The notes below the pieces were generated by a model, which was not told the DNA's origin, did no database searches, and saw nothing but the letters and a program-made list of their open reading frames with translations. The position numbers were made by a program, and so were the translations under genes. This document shows positions 19,483 through 29,016 of a DNA stretch of 54,023 bases, in pieces (the stretch's first letter is position 1; the number at the start of each line of letters is the position of its first letter). This stretch comes from an uncultured Bacillales bacterium (GTDB lineage Bacteria; Bacillota_I; Bacilli_A; RF39; UBA660), in assembly GCA_946539445.1 (NCBI GenBank), contig CAMNHK010000006.1, positions 1 to 54,023 on the forward strand. Reading direction: 5' to 3'.

Positions 19483-20478
19483 ATGAATTTTATTGAAAGT
19501 GTTAAAGAAAGAGCAAAACAAGTTAAAAAGACAATTGTATTACCAGAAACAATGGATCGTAGAACTATGATTGCGGCCGATATAATCCTTCAAGAGGGAA
19601 TAGCAAATCTAATTTTAATTGGTAATGAAAAGGAAATTGAAGAGAATTCTGTTGGTTGTGATTTATCCAAAGCTAAAATTATTCATCCAGAAACGGATGA
19701 ATTAACAGAGGAATTAGTACAAAAACTATATGAACTTCGTAAAGAAAAAGGAATGACTATCGAGGAAGCTAGAAGATTGTTACTAGAAGATTATATGTAC
19801 TATGCATGTATGCTTGTTAAAATGGGTATGGCTGATGGAGCTGTTTCTGGAGCCTGTCATTCAACTTCCAATACATTACGTCCAGCATTACAAATTGTTA
19901 AAACTGCTCCTAATGCAGAATTGGTATCAGCCTTTTTCTTAATGGTTGTGCCTGATTGCAAATATGGAGAAGATGGTACTTTCATTTTTGCAGATTCTGG
20001 ACTTGAACAAAATCCAGATAGTGAGAAATTAGCAGCGATAGCAGCAAGTAGTGCTGATAGTTTTGAATTACTTGTTCAAAAAACTCCAATTGTTGCTTTT
20101 CTTTCTCATTCTACTATGGGAAGTGCCAAACATGCAGATGTTGATAAAGTGGTTAATGCCGTACATATTGCGAAAGAAAAATATCCTTCCATTTTATTAG
20201 ATGGTGAGTTACAGTTAGATGCCGCTATTGTTCCTTCTGTTGCCGAGTCAAAAGCTCCTGATAGTAAAGTGGCAGGTAAAGCAAATGTCTTGATATTTCC
20301 TGATTTAGATGCGGGAAATATTGGATATAAATTAGTTCAACGTTTAGCAAAAGCGGAAGCATATGGACCGATTACACAAGGTATGGCATCTCCTATTAAT
20401 GATTTAAGTAGAGGCTGTAGTGCAGATGACATTGTTGGTGTAGTTGCGATTACAGCTGTTCAAGCACAAGGAAAATAA
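19483..20478 (+). CDS. pta: Phosphate acetyltransferase
   Basis: IVLPE, LSHST, DGELQLDAA, FPDLDAGNIGYK and DLSRG. Confidence 0.96.
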   Translation: MNFIESVKERAKQVKKTIVLPETMDRRTMIAADIILQEGIANLILIGNEKEIEENSVGCDLSKAKIIHPETDELTEELVQKLYELRKEKGMTIEEARRLLLEDYMYYACMLVKMGMADGAVSGACHSTSNTLRPALQIVKTAPNAELVSAFFLMVVPDCKYGEDGTFIFADSGLEQNPDSEKLAAIAASSADSFELLVQKTPIVAFLSHSTMGSAKHADVDKVVNAVHIAKEKYPSILLDGELQLDAAIVPSVAESKAPDSKVAGKANVLIFPDLDAGNIGYKLVQRLAKAEAYGPITQGMASPINDLSRGCSADDIVGVVAITAVQAQGK

Positions 20479-20508
20479 AAAATCCACAGATATTTGTGGA
20501 TTTTTTTA
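20477..20508. terminator. Bidirectional terminator between pta and ung
   Basis: AAAAATCCACA-gatatt-TGTGGATTTTT between convergent genes. Confidence 0.8.
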
Positions 20509-21168
20509 TTCGACTCTCCAATCAATTTCTTTTTGATTGTGACTTTTTAAAAATTCATTAGTTCTAGAAAATGGTTTGCTTCCAAAGAAGCCATTTCTAG
20601 CGGAAAAAGGAGATGGGTGAGCAGACTCAATAATCAAGTGATTTGGATTGGTTATTAAACTCTTTTTACTTCTCGCATAGGCACCCCATAGTATAAATAC
20701 TACTGGGTCTTTTTTTTGATTGATAATCTTTATAATATCATCTGTAAATATTTCCCAGCCTTTATCCTTATGAGATGTTGGTTTATGTTCTTCTACGGTA
20801 AGTACAGAATTTAACAAAAGGACTCCTTGTTTTGCCCACGGTTTGAGTGAATTAGCTTCCGGAAAAGGGATTCCTAAGTCACTTTCTAGCTCTTTAAATA
20901 TATTTTGTAAGGATGGTGGTTTCAATACTTGATTGCTTACAGAGAAGGAAAGCCCTTCTGCTTGATTTTCTCCATGGTAAGGATCTTGCCCCAAAATTAC
21001 TACTTTTACTTCTTCTAAGCTAGTATATCGAAATGCATTAAATACTTCATTTTGTTTTGGGTAGATTGTTTTTTCTTTATATTCTTTTTTTATGAAATCC
21101 ATTAGTTTTTGAAAGTATTCTTTTTGATATTCTTCTTTTAAGTATTCATCCCATTTATTACCAATCAT
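20506..21168 (-). CDS. ung: Uracil-DNA glycosylase
   Basis: GQDPYH, PPSL, GVLLLN and HPSP. Confidence 0.97.
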   Translation of the reverse strand: MIGNKWDEYLKEEYQKEYFQKLMDFIKKEYKEKTIYPKQNEVFNAFRYTSLEEVKVVILGQDPYHGENQAEGLSFSVSNQVLKPPSLQNIFKELESDLGIPFPEANSLKPWAKQGVLLLNSVLTVEEHKPTSHKDKGWEIFTDDIIKIINQKKDPVVFILWGAYARSKKSLITNPNHLIIESAHPSPFSARNGFFGSKPFSRTNEFLKSHNQKEIDWRVE

Positions 21169-21177
21169 ATATTTCTC

Positions 21178-21633
21178 CTATTTATGATAGCTTTCATTAT
21201 TGTTGATTTTAAAAGCTCTATATATTTGTTCTAAAAGTAAAACTCGAAACAATTGATGAGGAAAAGTCATTTTTGAAAAAGATAAATGATAGTTTGCTTC
21301 TTTTTTTAAAGAATCAGATATTCCATAACTTCCTCCTATTAGGAAGGTAATATTGCTATTTTCCATTGTTGTTTTATCGAGTAAGTTTGCGAAATCTTCC
21401 GATGAAATTTCTTTTCCTTCTATTTCTAGCGTTATGAAATAAGACTTATCAGGAAGGTGTTTTCTAATTCTTTCTTCTTCTAATTTCATTGCTTTTTCTT
21501 TTTCTACTAAACCTTCATCTTTTACTTCAATTATTTCTAAATTGGTATATTTTTGAAGTCTTTTCTTATATTCATCGACTGCGTCTTGTAGGTATTTTTC
21601 TTTTAGACTTCCGACTGTAATAATTCTTATCAT
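21178..21633 (-). CDS. rlmH: 23S rRNA m3Psi1915 methyltransferase
   Basis: IGGSYG, TFPHQL and EQIYRA...YHK. Confidence 0.96.
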   Translation of the reverse strand: MIRIITVGSLKEKYLQDAVDEYKKRLQKYTNLEIIEVKDEGLVEKEKAMKLEEERIRKHLPDKSYFITLEIEGKEISSEDFANLLDKTTMENSNITFLIGGSYGISDSLKKEANYHLSFSKMTFPHQLFRVLLLEQIYRAFKINNNESYHK

Positions 21634-21635
21634 AT

Positions 21636-22388
21636 TTATACCTCTATCATTGGGCTTTCTTCATATTGTTTGGCAATTCCTAATGTAATATCTTCCCCAA
21701 TGGCATTTCTTGTTTCTTCTAAGGCCTTTTCTTCTGTATTATTATGTTCACTTAAATGAGCTAATAATATGTTTTTTGTTTTTGGTCCAATAATTTTCTT
21801 TAAATATTTTGCTGTTGTTTTATTGGATAAGTGACCACTATCACTAATTACTCTTTCTTTTAAGAATCTAGGATAGGGTCCATTCATAAGCATTACTTCA
21901 TCATGATTGCTCTCAATAATATAGGCATCTTTATTTACCATTTTTTCTAAGAATTTTCTATTTATGTATCCTGTGTCGGTCACATATACTAAGCTTTTTT
22001 CTTTGTATGTGATAATAAAACCTACCGATGATGGAGCATCATGAGAAGTATGGATTAATTCTATTTCAACATCGTTTATTTGAAATTTATCTTCTATAAA
22101 AATGCATTTTGGATATGGGACTACTTCTTTTAGACTTTCATACATTCCTTCTGGAATGTATACTTTTAAATGGGTATTTTTTACTAAGGATGCTAATCCT
22201 TTTATGTGGTCATTATGACAATGTGTTATTAGAATTCCTGAAAAATTGTTAAAAGAAAGAGAATTTTCTTCTAAACTTCTTTTTAAAGTTAAGTAGGAAA
22301 TTCCCATATCTATTATTAAGTTGGTGTCTTCGCATAACACAATCGTACAGTTTCCTTTTGATCCACTGGCAATTGTTTTTACTTTCAT
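21636..22388 (-). CDS. walJ: MBL-fold exonuclease WalJ/YycJ
   Basis: SGSKGN, THCHNDH, SHDA, TDTG, ESNHD and HLS. Confidence 0.9.
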   Translation of the reverse strand: MKVKTIASGSKGNCTIVLCEDTNLIIDMGISYLTLKRSLEENSLSFNNFSGILITHCHNDHIKGLASLVKNTHLKVYIPEGMYESLKEVVPYPKCIFIEDKFQINDVEIELIHTSHDAPSSVGFIITYKEKSLVYVTDTGYINRKFLEKMVNKDAYIIESNHDEVMLMNGPYPRFLKERVISDSGHLSNKTTAKYLKKIIGPKTKNILLAHLSEHNNTEEKALEETRNAIGEDITLGIAKQYEESPMIEV

Positions 22389-22389
22389 T

Positions 22390-23889
22390 CTAATAAAACA
22401 TCATCGCATCTAAAGCTCTACTTCCACCTGTATATGGTGCTCCACCTTGCCAAATGGCATAGTGTAAGTGAACTCCTGTAGCGGCTCCTGTTTGTCCCAT
22501 TCCACCAATGACTTGTCCTTTTTCAACGTAATCCCCTACATTTACATATCGACATCCCCAACATAGATGAGCATACATCGAATAGAATCCATTATGGTGA
22601 TCTATTACTATATATTCTCCATTGTCACTCTTTGTTGATGATATAATAACAGTTCCAGCTTGGGCTGCAAATATATTAGATCCATATCCACATCCGGCAA
22701 TATCGGTTCCATCATGAAGAACTCCCCAACGCCAACCAAATGGTGATGAAATATTCGCACAAGATGCAGGCCATCCCCATTGACCTTTGGTAATAATAAG
22801 GCTTCCATAACCTCCACCATAATAGTAATTTTGTTTTCCACCTTTTACGATGATTTCGGTAATTGGTTCTCGAATTACTTCTTTGGCTGTGTTAACCATG
22901 TTAACATTTTCGCCATTTACTTTTTGAATATAATATGTCATCCTGTTTTCACCTTTTACTCCAGGTTGAATTACTTCTTCATATCCAACAAATTGATCAT
23001 TATCATATCTAGTTTCTGTCGTATAATTTTGCTCTTCTCTTGTTACTACTTCTGATTCTTCTACTACACTAAATTGTGGTTTTAATATGCCTAGTGTTAC
23101 TACTTGGCCTGCTGATAACAAGGCCTTTTCATCTTGCAAGTCAGGATTAGCGATTAAAAACTCTTCTACTGAAATCTTGTTGTTGAAGGCTACTTCATTA
23201 ATGGTATCCCCATCTTGAATTACATAGGTTGCCTGTGGATCAGTTGTTCCAAAAAGAAGATACTTACTTAATTCTTCCTCGGTTTGATAAATGGTTTTAT
23301 CAACGGGAATTCTTGACTTTTTGATTGTTATCTTATTTTTTATGTAAATATTTTCAATATATTTTCCAGTATCTTCTATTGCTTTTTGAGAATCATTTGC
23401 AAAGTTCTCATAATCTACTGGGTCAATAAAGGACTTTACTGTTTTTTCAATAGAATTTGTAAATATTTCCTTGTTTAATACATATAAGGTCTGTGTCTTT
23501 CCTTTTACTTTATTTCCTTCTGCATCTGTTGTATCTAATCCTTTTATTTTAATGATGTATCCATTAATTGTAAAAGGAGAAATATCTTTTATTTCATCAT
23601 ATATTTCTTTGTTTGTTTTTATATTTGTTTCAAATGTTATTTCTTTTTCAATGTCCAAATCGGATGGGACATATACTTTCTCGACATTATATTTTTTCTT
23701 TATTTCTTCTTGTTTTTTATCAATGTACTCTTCAAAAGATTGTTTTGATTCAATAATTCCAATGGATTTTCCTTTTAAGTATACTCGATATACCGTTTTT
23801 GGATTTGCATTAAAACTGGTAAATCCGGTTGAGGCAATCAAAGATATAACCATTAATATTGGAATTATCAATTTTCCTTTTTTATTCAC
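22390..23889 (-). CDS. Secreted LysM-G5-M23 peptidoglycan endopeptidase
   Basis: Signal peptide, LysM (YVIQDGDT...ANP), G5 (QPGVKG...EIIVKG), and M23 HDGTD / YAHL / HLH. Confidence 0.88.
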   Translation of the reverse strand: MNKKGKLIIPILMVISLIASTGFTSFNANPKTVYRVYLKGKSIGIIESKQSFEEYIDKKQEEIKKKYNVEKVYVPSDLDIEKEITFETNIKTNKEIYDEIKDISPFTINGYIIKIKGLDTTDAEGNKVKGKTQTLYVLNKEIFTNSIEKTVKSFIDPVDYENFANDSQKAIEDTGKYIENIYIKNKITIKKSRIPVDKTIYQTEEELSKYLLFGTTDPQATYVIQDGDTINEVAFNNKISVEEFLIANPDLQDEKALLSAGQVVTLGILKPQFSVVEESEVVTREEQNYTTETRYDNDQFVGYEEVIQPGVKGENRMTYYIQKVNGENVNMVNTAKEVIREPITEIIVKGGKQNYYYGGGYGSLIITKGQWGWPASCANISSPFGWRWGVLHDGTDIAGCGYGSNIFAAQAGTVIISSTKSDNGEYIVIDHHNGFYSMYAHLCWGCRYVNVGDYVEKGQVIGGMGQTGAATGVHLHYAIWQGGAPYTGGSRALDAMMFY

Positions 23890-25243
23890 TTGGTATCCCC
23901 TCCATATTTCGATCCTTTCTTAAATTCACGAAGGTCGAAGTATTCTTTTTAAATAATAATTCTATCGTTGCGGTTGGGCCATTACGATGTTTTCCAATAA
24001 TTAATTCACTTAAACTATTATTATCTTCTGTACGCGATTCTTTGTTGTAGTAATCGTCTCGATATAGGAACATTACAATATCGGCATCTTGTTCAATTGA
24101 ACCAGACTCTCTTAAGTCGCTCATCAATGGTCGTTTGTCTTCTCTTCCTTCTACTCCACGAGATAATTGGGAAAGTGCTATTACTGGTACTCCTAATTCC
24201 ATGGCAAGAGTTTTAAGGCTACGGGAAATATCGGATACTTCTTGTTGTCGGTTGGCACCGTAGTTCTTTCCTCCTGATATCAATTGTAAGTAATCGATTA
24301 CTACTAAAGATAATCCTTTTTCACTACTGGCTAGTCTCCTACATTTGGCACGAATTTCGCCAATTGTGATTCCAGGGGTATCATCGATTACTAAGTTTGT
24401 ATTCGATAATTGAGACACCGCTTCATTAATTCTTTTCCAGTCTTGATTCATTAAGTTTCCAGTTCTTAATTTGATTCCTTCAATTTGGCCAAGAGACGAT
24501 AATATACGCATAGCCAGTTGCTCTGCACTCATCTCTAAGTTAAATAATGCTACTGATTTGTCTTGGGTAATAGCCACATGAGTTGCTAGATTTAAGGCAA
24601 AGGCTGTTTTTCCCATAGCTGGTCTTGCAGCAATAATAATAAATTCATTTGGATGCAATCCTGTTGTAAGTCGATCAAAATCATACCATCCCGTTGAGAG
24701 ACCGGTAATTTCTCCTTTATTTTCTGATAATCTTTCTAGATCGGATTGGGTTTTTGCTAGCACATCTCTAATACTTCTAAATTCGCTTGATTTACGATTT
24801 TTAACGATATTTAGGATTTTCTTTTCCGAATTATCTAGTATTTCATTTACACTTTCATCTGTTCGATATCCTTCTGAGGCAATATCCGTTGCGGTTTCAA
24901 TCAAACTTCTTAAGATATGAGCCTCTTCAACCGTTTGTATATAATAATCAATATTACTAGCCGTTGGAACATAGTTTAGTACTTCTGTTAAGTACTCTAC
25001 TCCTCCCACTTCATTTAATTCATTTTTCTTTTTTAAATAACTAGTTACGGTCGTTATGTCTATTGGCGTCTTTTCTTCTGATAGATTCGCCATTGTGGAA
25101 AATATTTTTCCATTTTTTTCACTATAAAAAGATTCTGGTGTTAAATTTTCTATTGCTTTTTGAAGAGCATATTTTGATAAAAAACATGCTCCTAAAACGG
25201 ATTCTTCTGCCTCAAGATTGTTTGGTAATACTTTGGCTGGCAT
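23882..25243 (-). CDS. dnaB: Replicative DNA helicase (DnaB; DnaC in Bacillus nomenclature)
   Basis: AARPAMGKT, IDYLQL, DLRESGSIEQDAD and KHRNG. Confidence 0.97.
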   Translation of the reverse strand: MPAKVLPNNLEAEESVLGACFLSKYALQKAIENLTPESFYSEKNGKIFSTMANLSEEKTPIDITTVTSYLKKKNELNEVGGVEYLTEVLNYVPTASNIDYYIQTVEEAHILRSLIETATDIASEGYRTDESVNEILDNSEKKILNIVKNRKSSEFRSIRDVLAKTQSDLERLSENKGEITGLSTGWYDFDRLTTGLHPNEFIIIAARPAMGKTAFALNLATHVAITQDKSVALFNLEMSAEQLAMRILSSLGQIEGIKLRTGNLMNQDWKRINEAVSQLSNTNLVIDDTPGITIGEIRAKCRRLASSEKGLSLVVIDYLQLISGGKNYGANRQQEVSDISRSLKTLAMELGVPVIALSQLSRGVEGREDKRPLMSDLRESGSIEQDADIVMFLYRDDYYNKESRTEDNNSLSELIIGKHRNGPTATIELLFKKNTSTFVNLRKDRNMEGIPSE

Positions 25244-25253
25244 ATTATCACCT

Positions 25254-25694
25254 CTATTTTATTACATGTACTTTTATAGTTGCTACTACATCTGGATGTA
25301 GATTTAATTTTACGTTGTGAAATCCTAATGATGAGATTGATTCTTCTAAATCTATTTTATTTTTCTCGATTGAATATCCCTTTTTTTCTAATCCTTCTTT
25401 TATTTGTTTTACGCTAATGCTTCCAAAAACTCTATCATCGGCACCGGTTTTTACCGTAAACTCTAACGTTTCTTTTGCTAATTTTTCCTTCATTTGTTCT
25501 GCTAACTTTTTATTTTCAGCATCTTCTTTTTCTTTTTTAGCTAACTCATGATTTAGTTTTGAAAGATTTTCTTTGGTCTTTTTAACGGCATAGCCATTTT
25601 TTATTAAAAAGTTTTCAGCGTATCCATCTTTAACGTTTTTTATTTGCCCCTTTTTACCTTGATTTTTTAAATCCTTGATAAAAATTACTTCCAT
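25254..25694 (-). CDS. rplI: 50S ribosomal protein L9
   Basis: [18 protein letters not shown] and FGSIS. Confidence 0.97.
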   Translation of the reverse strand: MEVIFIKDLKNQGKKGQIKNVKDGYAENFLIKNGYAVKKTKENLSKLNHELAKKEKEDAENKKLAEQMKEKLAKETLEFTVKTGADDRVFGSISVKQIKEGLEKKGYSIEKNKIDLEESISSLGFHNVKLNLHPDVVATIKVHVIK

Positions 25695-25695
25695 A

Positions 25696-26682
25696 TTATT
25701 CTCCTTCTTCTTTAATTGCTTTTTTAAGTTCTTGTTCTACTTTACTAATTGTTTTATTTTCAAACTTAGCAGCTCCATTGAATGCATCTCCGCCTCCACC
25801 TAGCTTTTCTAAAACTTTCATAATATCATAGTTTCCTAGACTTCTAGCACTTATTCCAATGGTGTCTTTGCCAATTCTTCCAATTACGAAGGAAGCTTCT
25901 ATATTATTAAAGAATAATAATGTATCGGCTACTTTTGCCAAATCTTCTCTTCTATATTTTGTGGAAGGAGTGGCTTTTGTAATAGCAATCTTACCATCTA
26001 TTGTTTCAATATCAGACATTAATTTTTGTCTTTCTGTATATTCTTTAATATCTTGTTTTAATAAATACTGTACTTTTTTGGCACTTGCTCCTAGAGATGC
26101 TAAATAATAAGATACATAAAATGTTTCGGCAGTTGTATTCAATGTGTAATTATTCGTATCTAATACAATTCCTGATAGTAATATAGTTGCATAGTAAGAA
26201 TCAATTTCTACGTCATAGTATTCTATTAAATTTGCAATCATTTCACAGGTACTCGAAACTTTAGTATCGTTTATGATTTCGGCATTTTCAATGGTTGTTT
26301 TTCCTAATTCATGGTGATCTATTATTAACTTCTTATCAATCTTATTTAATACTTCTGTGCTTTGAACTAATTCTGTTTTATTAGTATCTAGTATGATCAA
26401 AAGATTGTTTTTCTTATTTGGATGAAGATATTCATCTATATTTTCACTTTTTACAATGCTAATACATCCATCTAATTCTCGAAGTACTTTTTCAACGCCC
26501 GGTTCATGTTCTTTATCATCTATAATTAAGAAACACTTCTTTTTTCGACGTTTTAATATTAAGTACATTCCTATCGAACTACCTAATGCATCTAGATCTA
26601 GGTCTTTATGAGCCATTAAAAATATATTCTTTGCACCGTGAACTGCTTTATTCCATTTTTTACGTTCTTTGATTATACTCAT
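25696..26682 (-). CDS. gdpP: DHH/DHHA1 phosphoesterase; GdpP ortholog reduced to its catalytic domains
   Basis: [22 protein letters not shown] and ISARSLG, in the gdpP position before rplI. No TM, PAS or GGDEF region. Confidence 0.75.
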   Translation of the reverse strand: MSIIKERKKWNKAVHGAKNIFLMAHKDLDLDALGSSIGMYLILKRRKKKCFLIIDDKEHEPGVEKVLRELDGCISIVKSENIDEYLHPNKKNNLLIILDTNKTELVQSTEVLNKIDKKLIIDHHELGKTTIENAEIINDTKVSSTCEMIANLIEYYDVEIDSYYATILLSGIVLDTNNYTLNTTAETFYVSYYLASLGASAKKVQYLLKQDIKEYTERQKLMSDIETIDGKIAITKATPSTKYRREDLAKVADTLLFFNNIEASFVIGRIGKDTIGISARSLGNYDIMKVLEKLGGGGDAFNGAAKFENKTISKVEQELKKAIKEEGE

Positions 26683-26754
26683 AGTTCCTCCTCTAAATTT
26701 CCACTTTTATTATATAATAGTTTCCTATTTTTGTCTAATAAAAGAAAAGAACAA

Positions 26755-26779
26755 AAAAACGTAGTAAAACTACGATTTT
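26755..26779 (-). terminator. Terminator downstream of the 6S RNA
   Basis: CGTAG/CTACG stem with a U-run on the - strand. Confidence 0.55.
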
Positions 26780-26792
26780 ATGGCAAAAAAAA

Positions 26793-26954
26793 TGTCTAAA
26801 GGAAGAGACGATAAAACCCGCGTATTGCAGGTGGGTATTCATACTCAACCTTTAGGAGTCCTAATCAGTGAAAAGGCATTCAACACCGGTTGACTTGTTC
26901 CGAATTCCCGTATCGTTACTTAGTCGGTTTTAAAAACTCTATATCTTTTAGACA
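26793..26954 (-). ncRNA. ssrS: 6S RNA
   Basis: ~162 nt of higher-GC non-coding sequence. The ends pair (5'-UGUCUAAA / UUUAGACA-3') and it contains the Firmicute 6S 3' motif ACCCACCUGC...GCGGGUU. It has its own sigA promoter and a 3' U-tract. Confidence 0.8.
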
Positions 26955-26959
26955 ATTCT

Positions 26960-26989
26960 ATTGTAGCATATATTTTTTATTTTGGTCAA
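26960..26989 (-). promoter_or_regulatory. SigA promoter of the 6S RNA
   Basis: TTGACC-18 nt-TACAAT with an extended TG, ~6 nt upstream of the predicted 5' end. Confidence 0.75.
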
Positions 26990-27025
26990 ATTCTCACTGA
27001 CTTTTTTTACCACTTGACGTTAAGC

Positions 27026-27053
27026 AAAAAAATAGAATGCAAGTGCATTCTAT
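27026..27053 (-). terminator. Terminator of the rpsF-ssb-rpsR operon
   Basis: ATAGAATGCA/TGCATTCTAT stem plus U7. Confidence 0.75.
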
Positions 27054-27265
27054 CTTGAATAAGGCATAAGTGCAATAGCACGAGCTCTTTTAACTTGTTT
27101 TGATACGTGTCTTTGATGTAAGGCACATGTTCCAGTTACACGTCTTGGAACAATTTTACCTTTTTCGTTTGTAAACTTCTTTAAAGTTTCAACGTCTTTA
27201 TAATCAACTGTTTTACCAGCACACATCATACACACTTTTTTCTTTCTACGATTGAATTCTGCCAT
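27050..27265 (-). CDS. rpsR: 30S ribosomal protein S18 (zinc-binding form)
   Basis: CMMC...DYKD...[17 protein letters not shown]. Confidence 0.97.
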   Translation of the reverse strand: MAEFNRRKKKVCMMCAGKTVDYKDVETLKKFTNEKGKIVPRRVTGTCALHQRHVSKQVKRARAIALMPYSR

Positions 27266-27282
27266 GTTTTTTCCTCCTTTTT

Positions 27283-27768
27283 CTAGAATGGTAATTCATC
27301 GTCGCTAATTTCGATGCTTGATCCAAAATCAGCAAATGGATTACTATCTACGTCTGTTCCCTTAGGTTCTGGCATATCACCAAAATCATATGGGGTTGGT
27401 TCAGATTTACCTTTACTTGAACCTTTTGATTCATTTGAGTTTGTTGAGGAATTCTTTGATCCTAAAAATTCAACGTTATCGGCAATAACTTCTGTAACAT
27501 ATCTTTTTTGACCATTTGCATCATCATATGATCTAGTTTGAATTCTTCCTTCTACAGCAACTTGGCTTCCTTGAGTTACAAAATTTTTAACATTTTCAGC
27601 TTGTTTTCTCCAAACTACAATATTAATAAAATCTGCTTCTCTTTCTCCCTGTTGATTTGAAAATGGTCTATTTACTGCTAATGTGAATGTAGCTACTGGT
27701 GTATTATTACCTGTGTAACGTAATTCTGGATCTCTTGTTAATCTTCCTATTAAAACTACTTTATTCAT
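27283..27768 (-). CDS. ssb: Single-stranded DNA-binding protein
   Basis: [14 protein letters not shown] fold and acidic tip DDELPF. Confidence 0.97.
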   Translation of the reverse strand: MNKVVLIGRLTRDPELRYTGNNTPVATFTLAVNRPFSNQQGEREADFINIVVWRKQAENVKNFVTQGSQVAVEGRIQTRSYDDANGQKRYVTEVIADNVEFLGSKNSSTNSNESKGSSKGKSEPTPYDFGDMPEPKGTDVDSNPFADFGSSIEISDDELPF

Positions 27769-27785
27769 TTTTTACCTCTTTTCTC

Positions 27786-28073
27786 TTAGTCTTCTACTTT
27801 TACGATTAAGTGACGAAGTAAGCTTTCGTTGATTCTAGCAACACGATTAAATTCTTGTTCAGCTGCTTTGTCAGCTTCTACTACGAACAAATAATAATAT
27901 CCAGTATTAAATTTTCTAATTTCGTAAGCTAATTCTCTTTGTCCCATAGCTTTTTCTTCTAATACTTTTGCTTTAGCATCTGTTAAAACCTTTTTCATAG
28001 CGTCTGCTGTTTTTTTGATTTCAGCTTCTTCCATATCTGGTCTAACAATGAACATAATTTCATACTTATTCAT
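27786..28073 (-). CDS. rpsF: 30S ribosomal protein S6
   Basis: YEIMFIVRPD and RELAYEI. ATG 28073 follows AGGAGGTG; the ORF track uses GTG 28082. Confidence 0.96.
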   Translation of the reverse strand: MNKYEIMFIVRPDMEEAEIKKTADAMKKVLTDAKAKVLEEKAMGQRELAYEIRKFNTGYYYLFVVEADKAAEQEFNRVARINESLLRHLIVKVED

Positions 28074-28079
28074 TCTTGA

Positions 28080-28127
28080 CACCTCCTTTTGGACTTATCG
28101 GCTATCTCATGATAGCAAGGAGTATTC
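28080..28127 (-). promoter_or_regulatory. S6:S18 ribosomal protein leader RNA
   Basis: ACUCCUU (anti-SD) - GCUAUC/GAUAGC hairpin - CCG - AAAAGGAGGU. This is the known architecture of the rpsF leader. Confidence 0.75.
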
Positions 28128-28238
28128 AAAATACTCGAAGGTATTATAACAAATTCAAGTTTAATTGTCTAGATTTTTTCTTAAAATTATGGTCTTTTTT
28201 TTCTTGTACTTTATGATATAATCAATATAGGTGATAAT

Positions 28239-28991
28239 ATGAGATTAATTGAAAAAAAATGTCCAAATTGTGGAGCAAATTTAGAATTTGATGAAAATGC
28301 AAAAAGTTGTAATTGTACTTATTGCAAGCGAAGTTTTGAAATAGAAAGGGATTTAAACGATGTTGATAAGTTTAATCTGATTTATGATAAAATTCATAAA
28401 CCATTCCAAATTGCTTTCTTTATACCATTTATAGTTGCTTTTGTTATTATTTTAGCTGTTATTCTTACAATGATATTTGGATTCCGTAATAATACTTCCT
28501 CTTTTGAATCTGGAAATGAATTTATTGAAGATATTACGGAAGAAGATGAGGGAGAAAAACTTCTTGAAAATGCTAGTGAATTAACGAATGATAACCTTGA
28601 AAGTATTGGTCATCGTTGCATTAGTACTTTAAATCAATCTGTTGTTGGTAGAAGTGATACAACTTACTCTTACCAAAAAACGGGTGATCCTAGATTAGAG
28701 AAAATCTATGTTGCTTATAAAGAAGGTTCTAATCGAGTTATTTCTATTTATAGAGTTATCTATCATAATTTCTTTAACCAATCTGATCAACATACAGTTT
28801 ATGTTCCTGTTGTGTTTGAAGATGTTGAAAAAAGTGTTTCGTTTAGCTTAGCCAATCCAAAAAACCCAGCACCTGAATATTATTTAAATAGTGAGCAATC
28901 TTCTTATATTTATGCGTATGCTAGTTTTGAAGATGCTTATAACAATGTTGTAAAACCTTTAGAGGGAGAATACACTATTACAGAAAAATAA
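28239..28991 (+). CDS. Hypothetical membrane protein with an N-terminal zinc ribbon
   Basis: CPNC-x16-CTYC, a single TM (~aa 57-81) and an acidic C-terminal domain. Has its own TGATATAAT promoter and AGGTGA SD. Confidence 0.75.
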   Translation: MRLIEKKCPNCGANLEFDENAKSCNCTYCKRSFEIERDLNDVDKFNLIYDKIHKPFQIAFFIPFIVAFVIILAVILTMIFGFRNNTSSFESGNEFIEDITEEDEGEKLLENASELTNDNLESIGHRCISTLNQSVVGRSDTTYSYQKTGDPRLEKIYVAYKEGSNRVISIYRVIYHNFFNQSDQHTVYVPVVFEDVEKSVSFSLANPKNPAPEYYLNSEQSSYIYAYASFEDAYNNVVKPLEGEYTITEK

Positions 28992-29016
28992 AAATAGGCT
29001 TTATGCCTATTTTTTT
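28990..29016. terminator. Bidirectional terminator
   Basis: AAAAATAGGC-ttta(t)-GCCTATTTTTT between convergent genes. Confidence 0.8.

Noticed and set aside
20477-20508. DnaA-box-like AATCCACA/TGTGGATT pair
   Set aside because: Fully explained as the stem of the pta/ung bidirectional terminator.
21178-21200. rlmH (orfX) 3' end as an SCC-type integration site
   Set aside because: ung starts 9 nt after the stop, and there is no recombinase or duplicated att. The site is empty.
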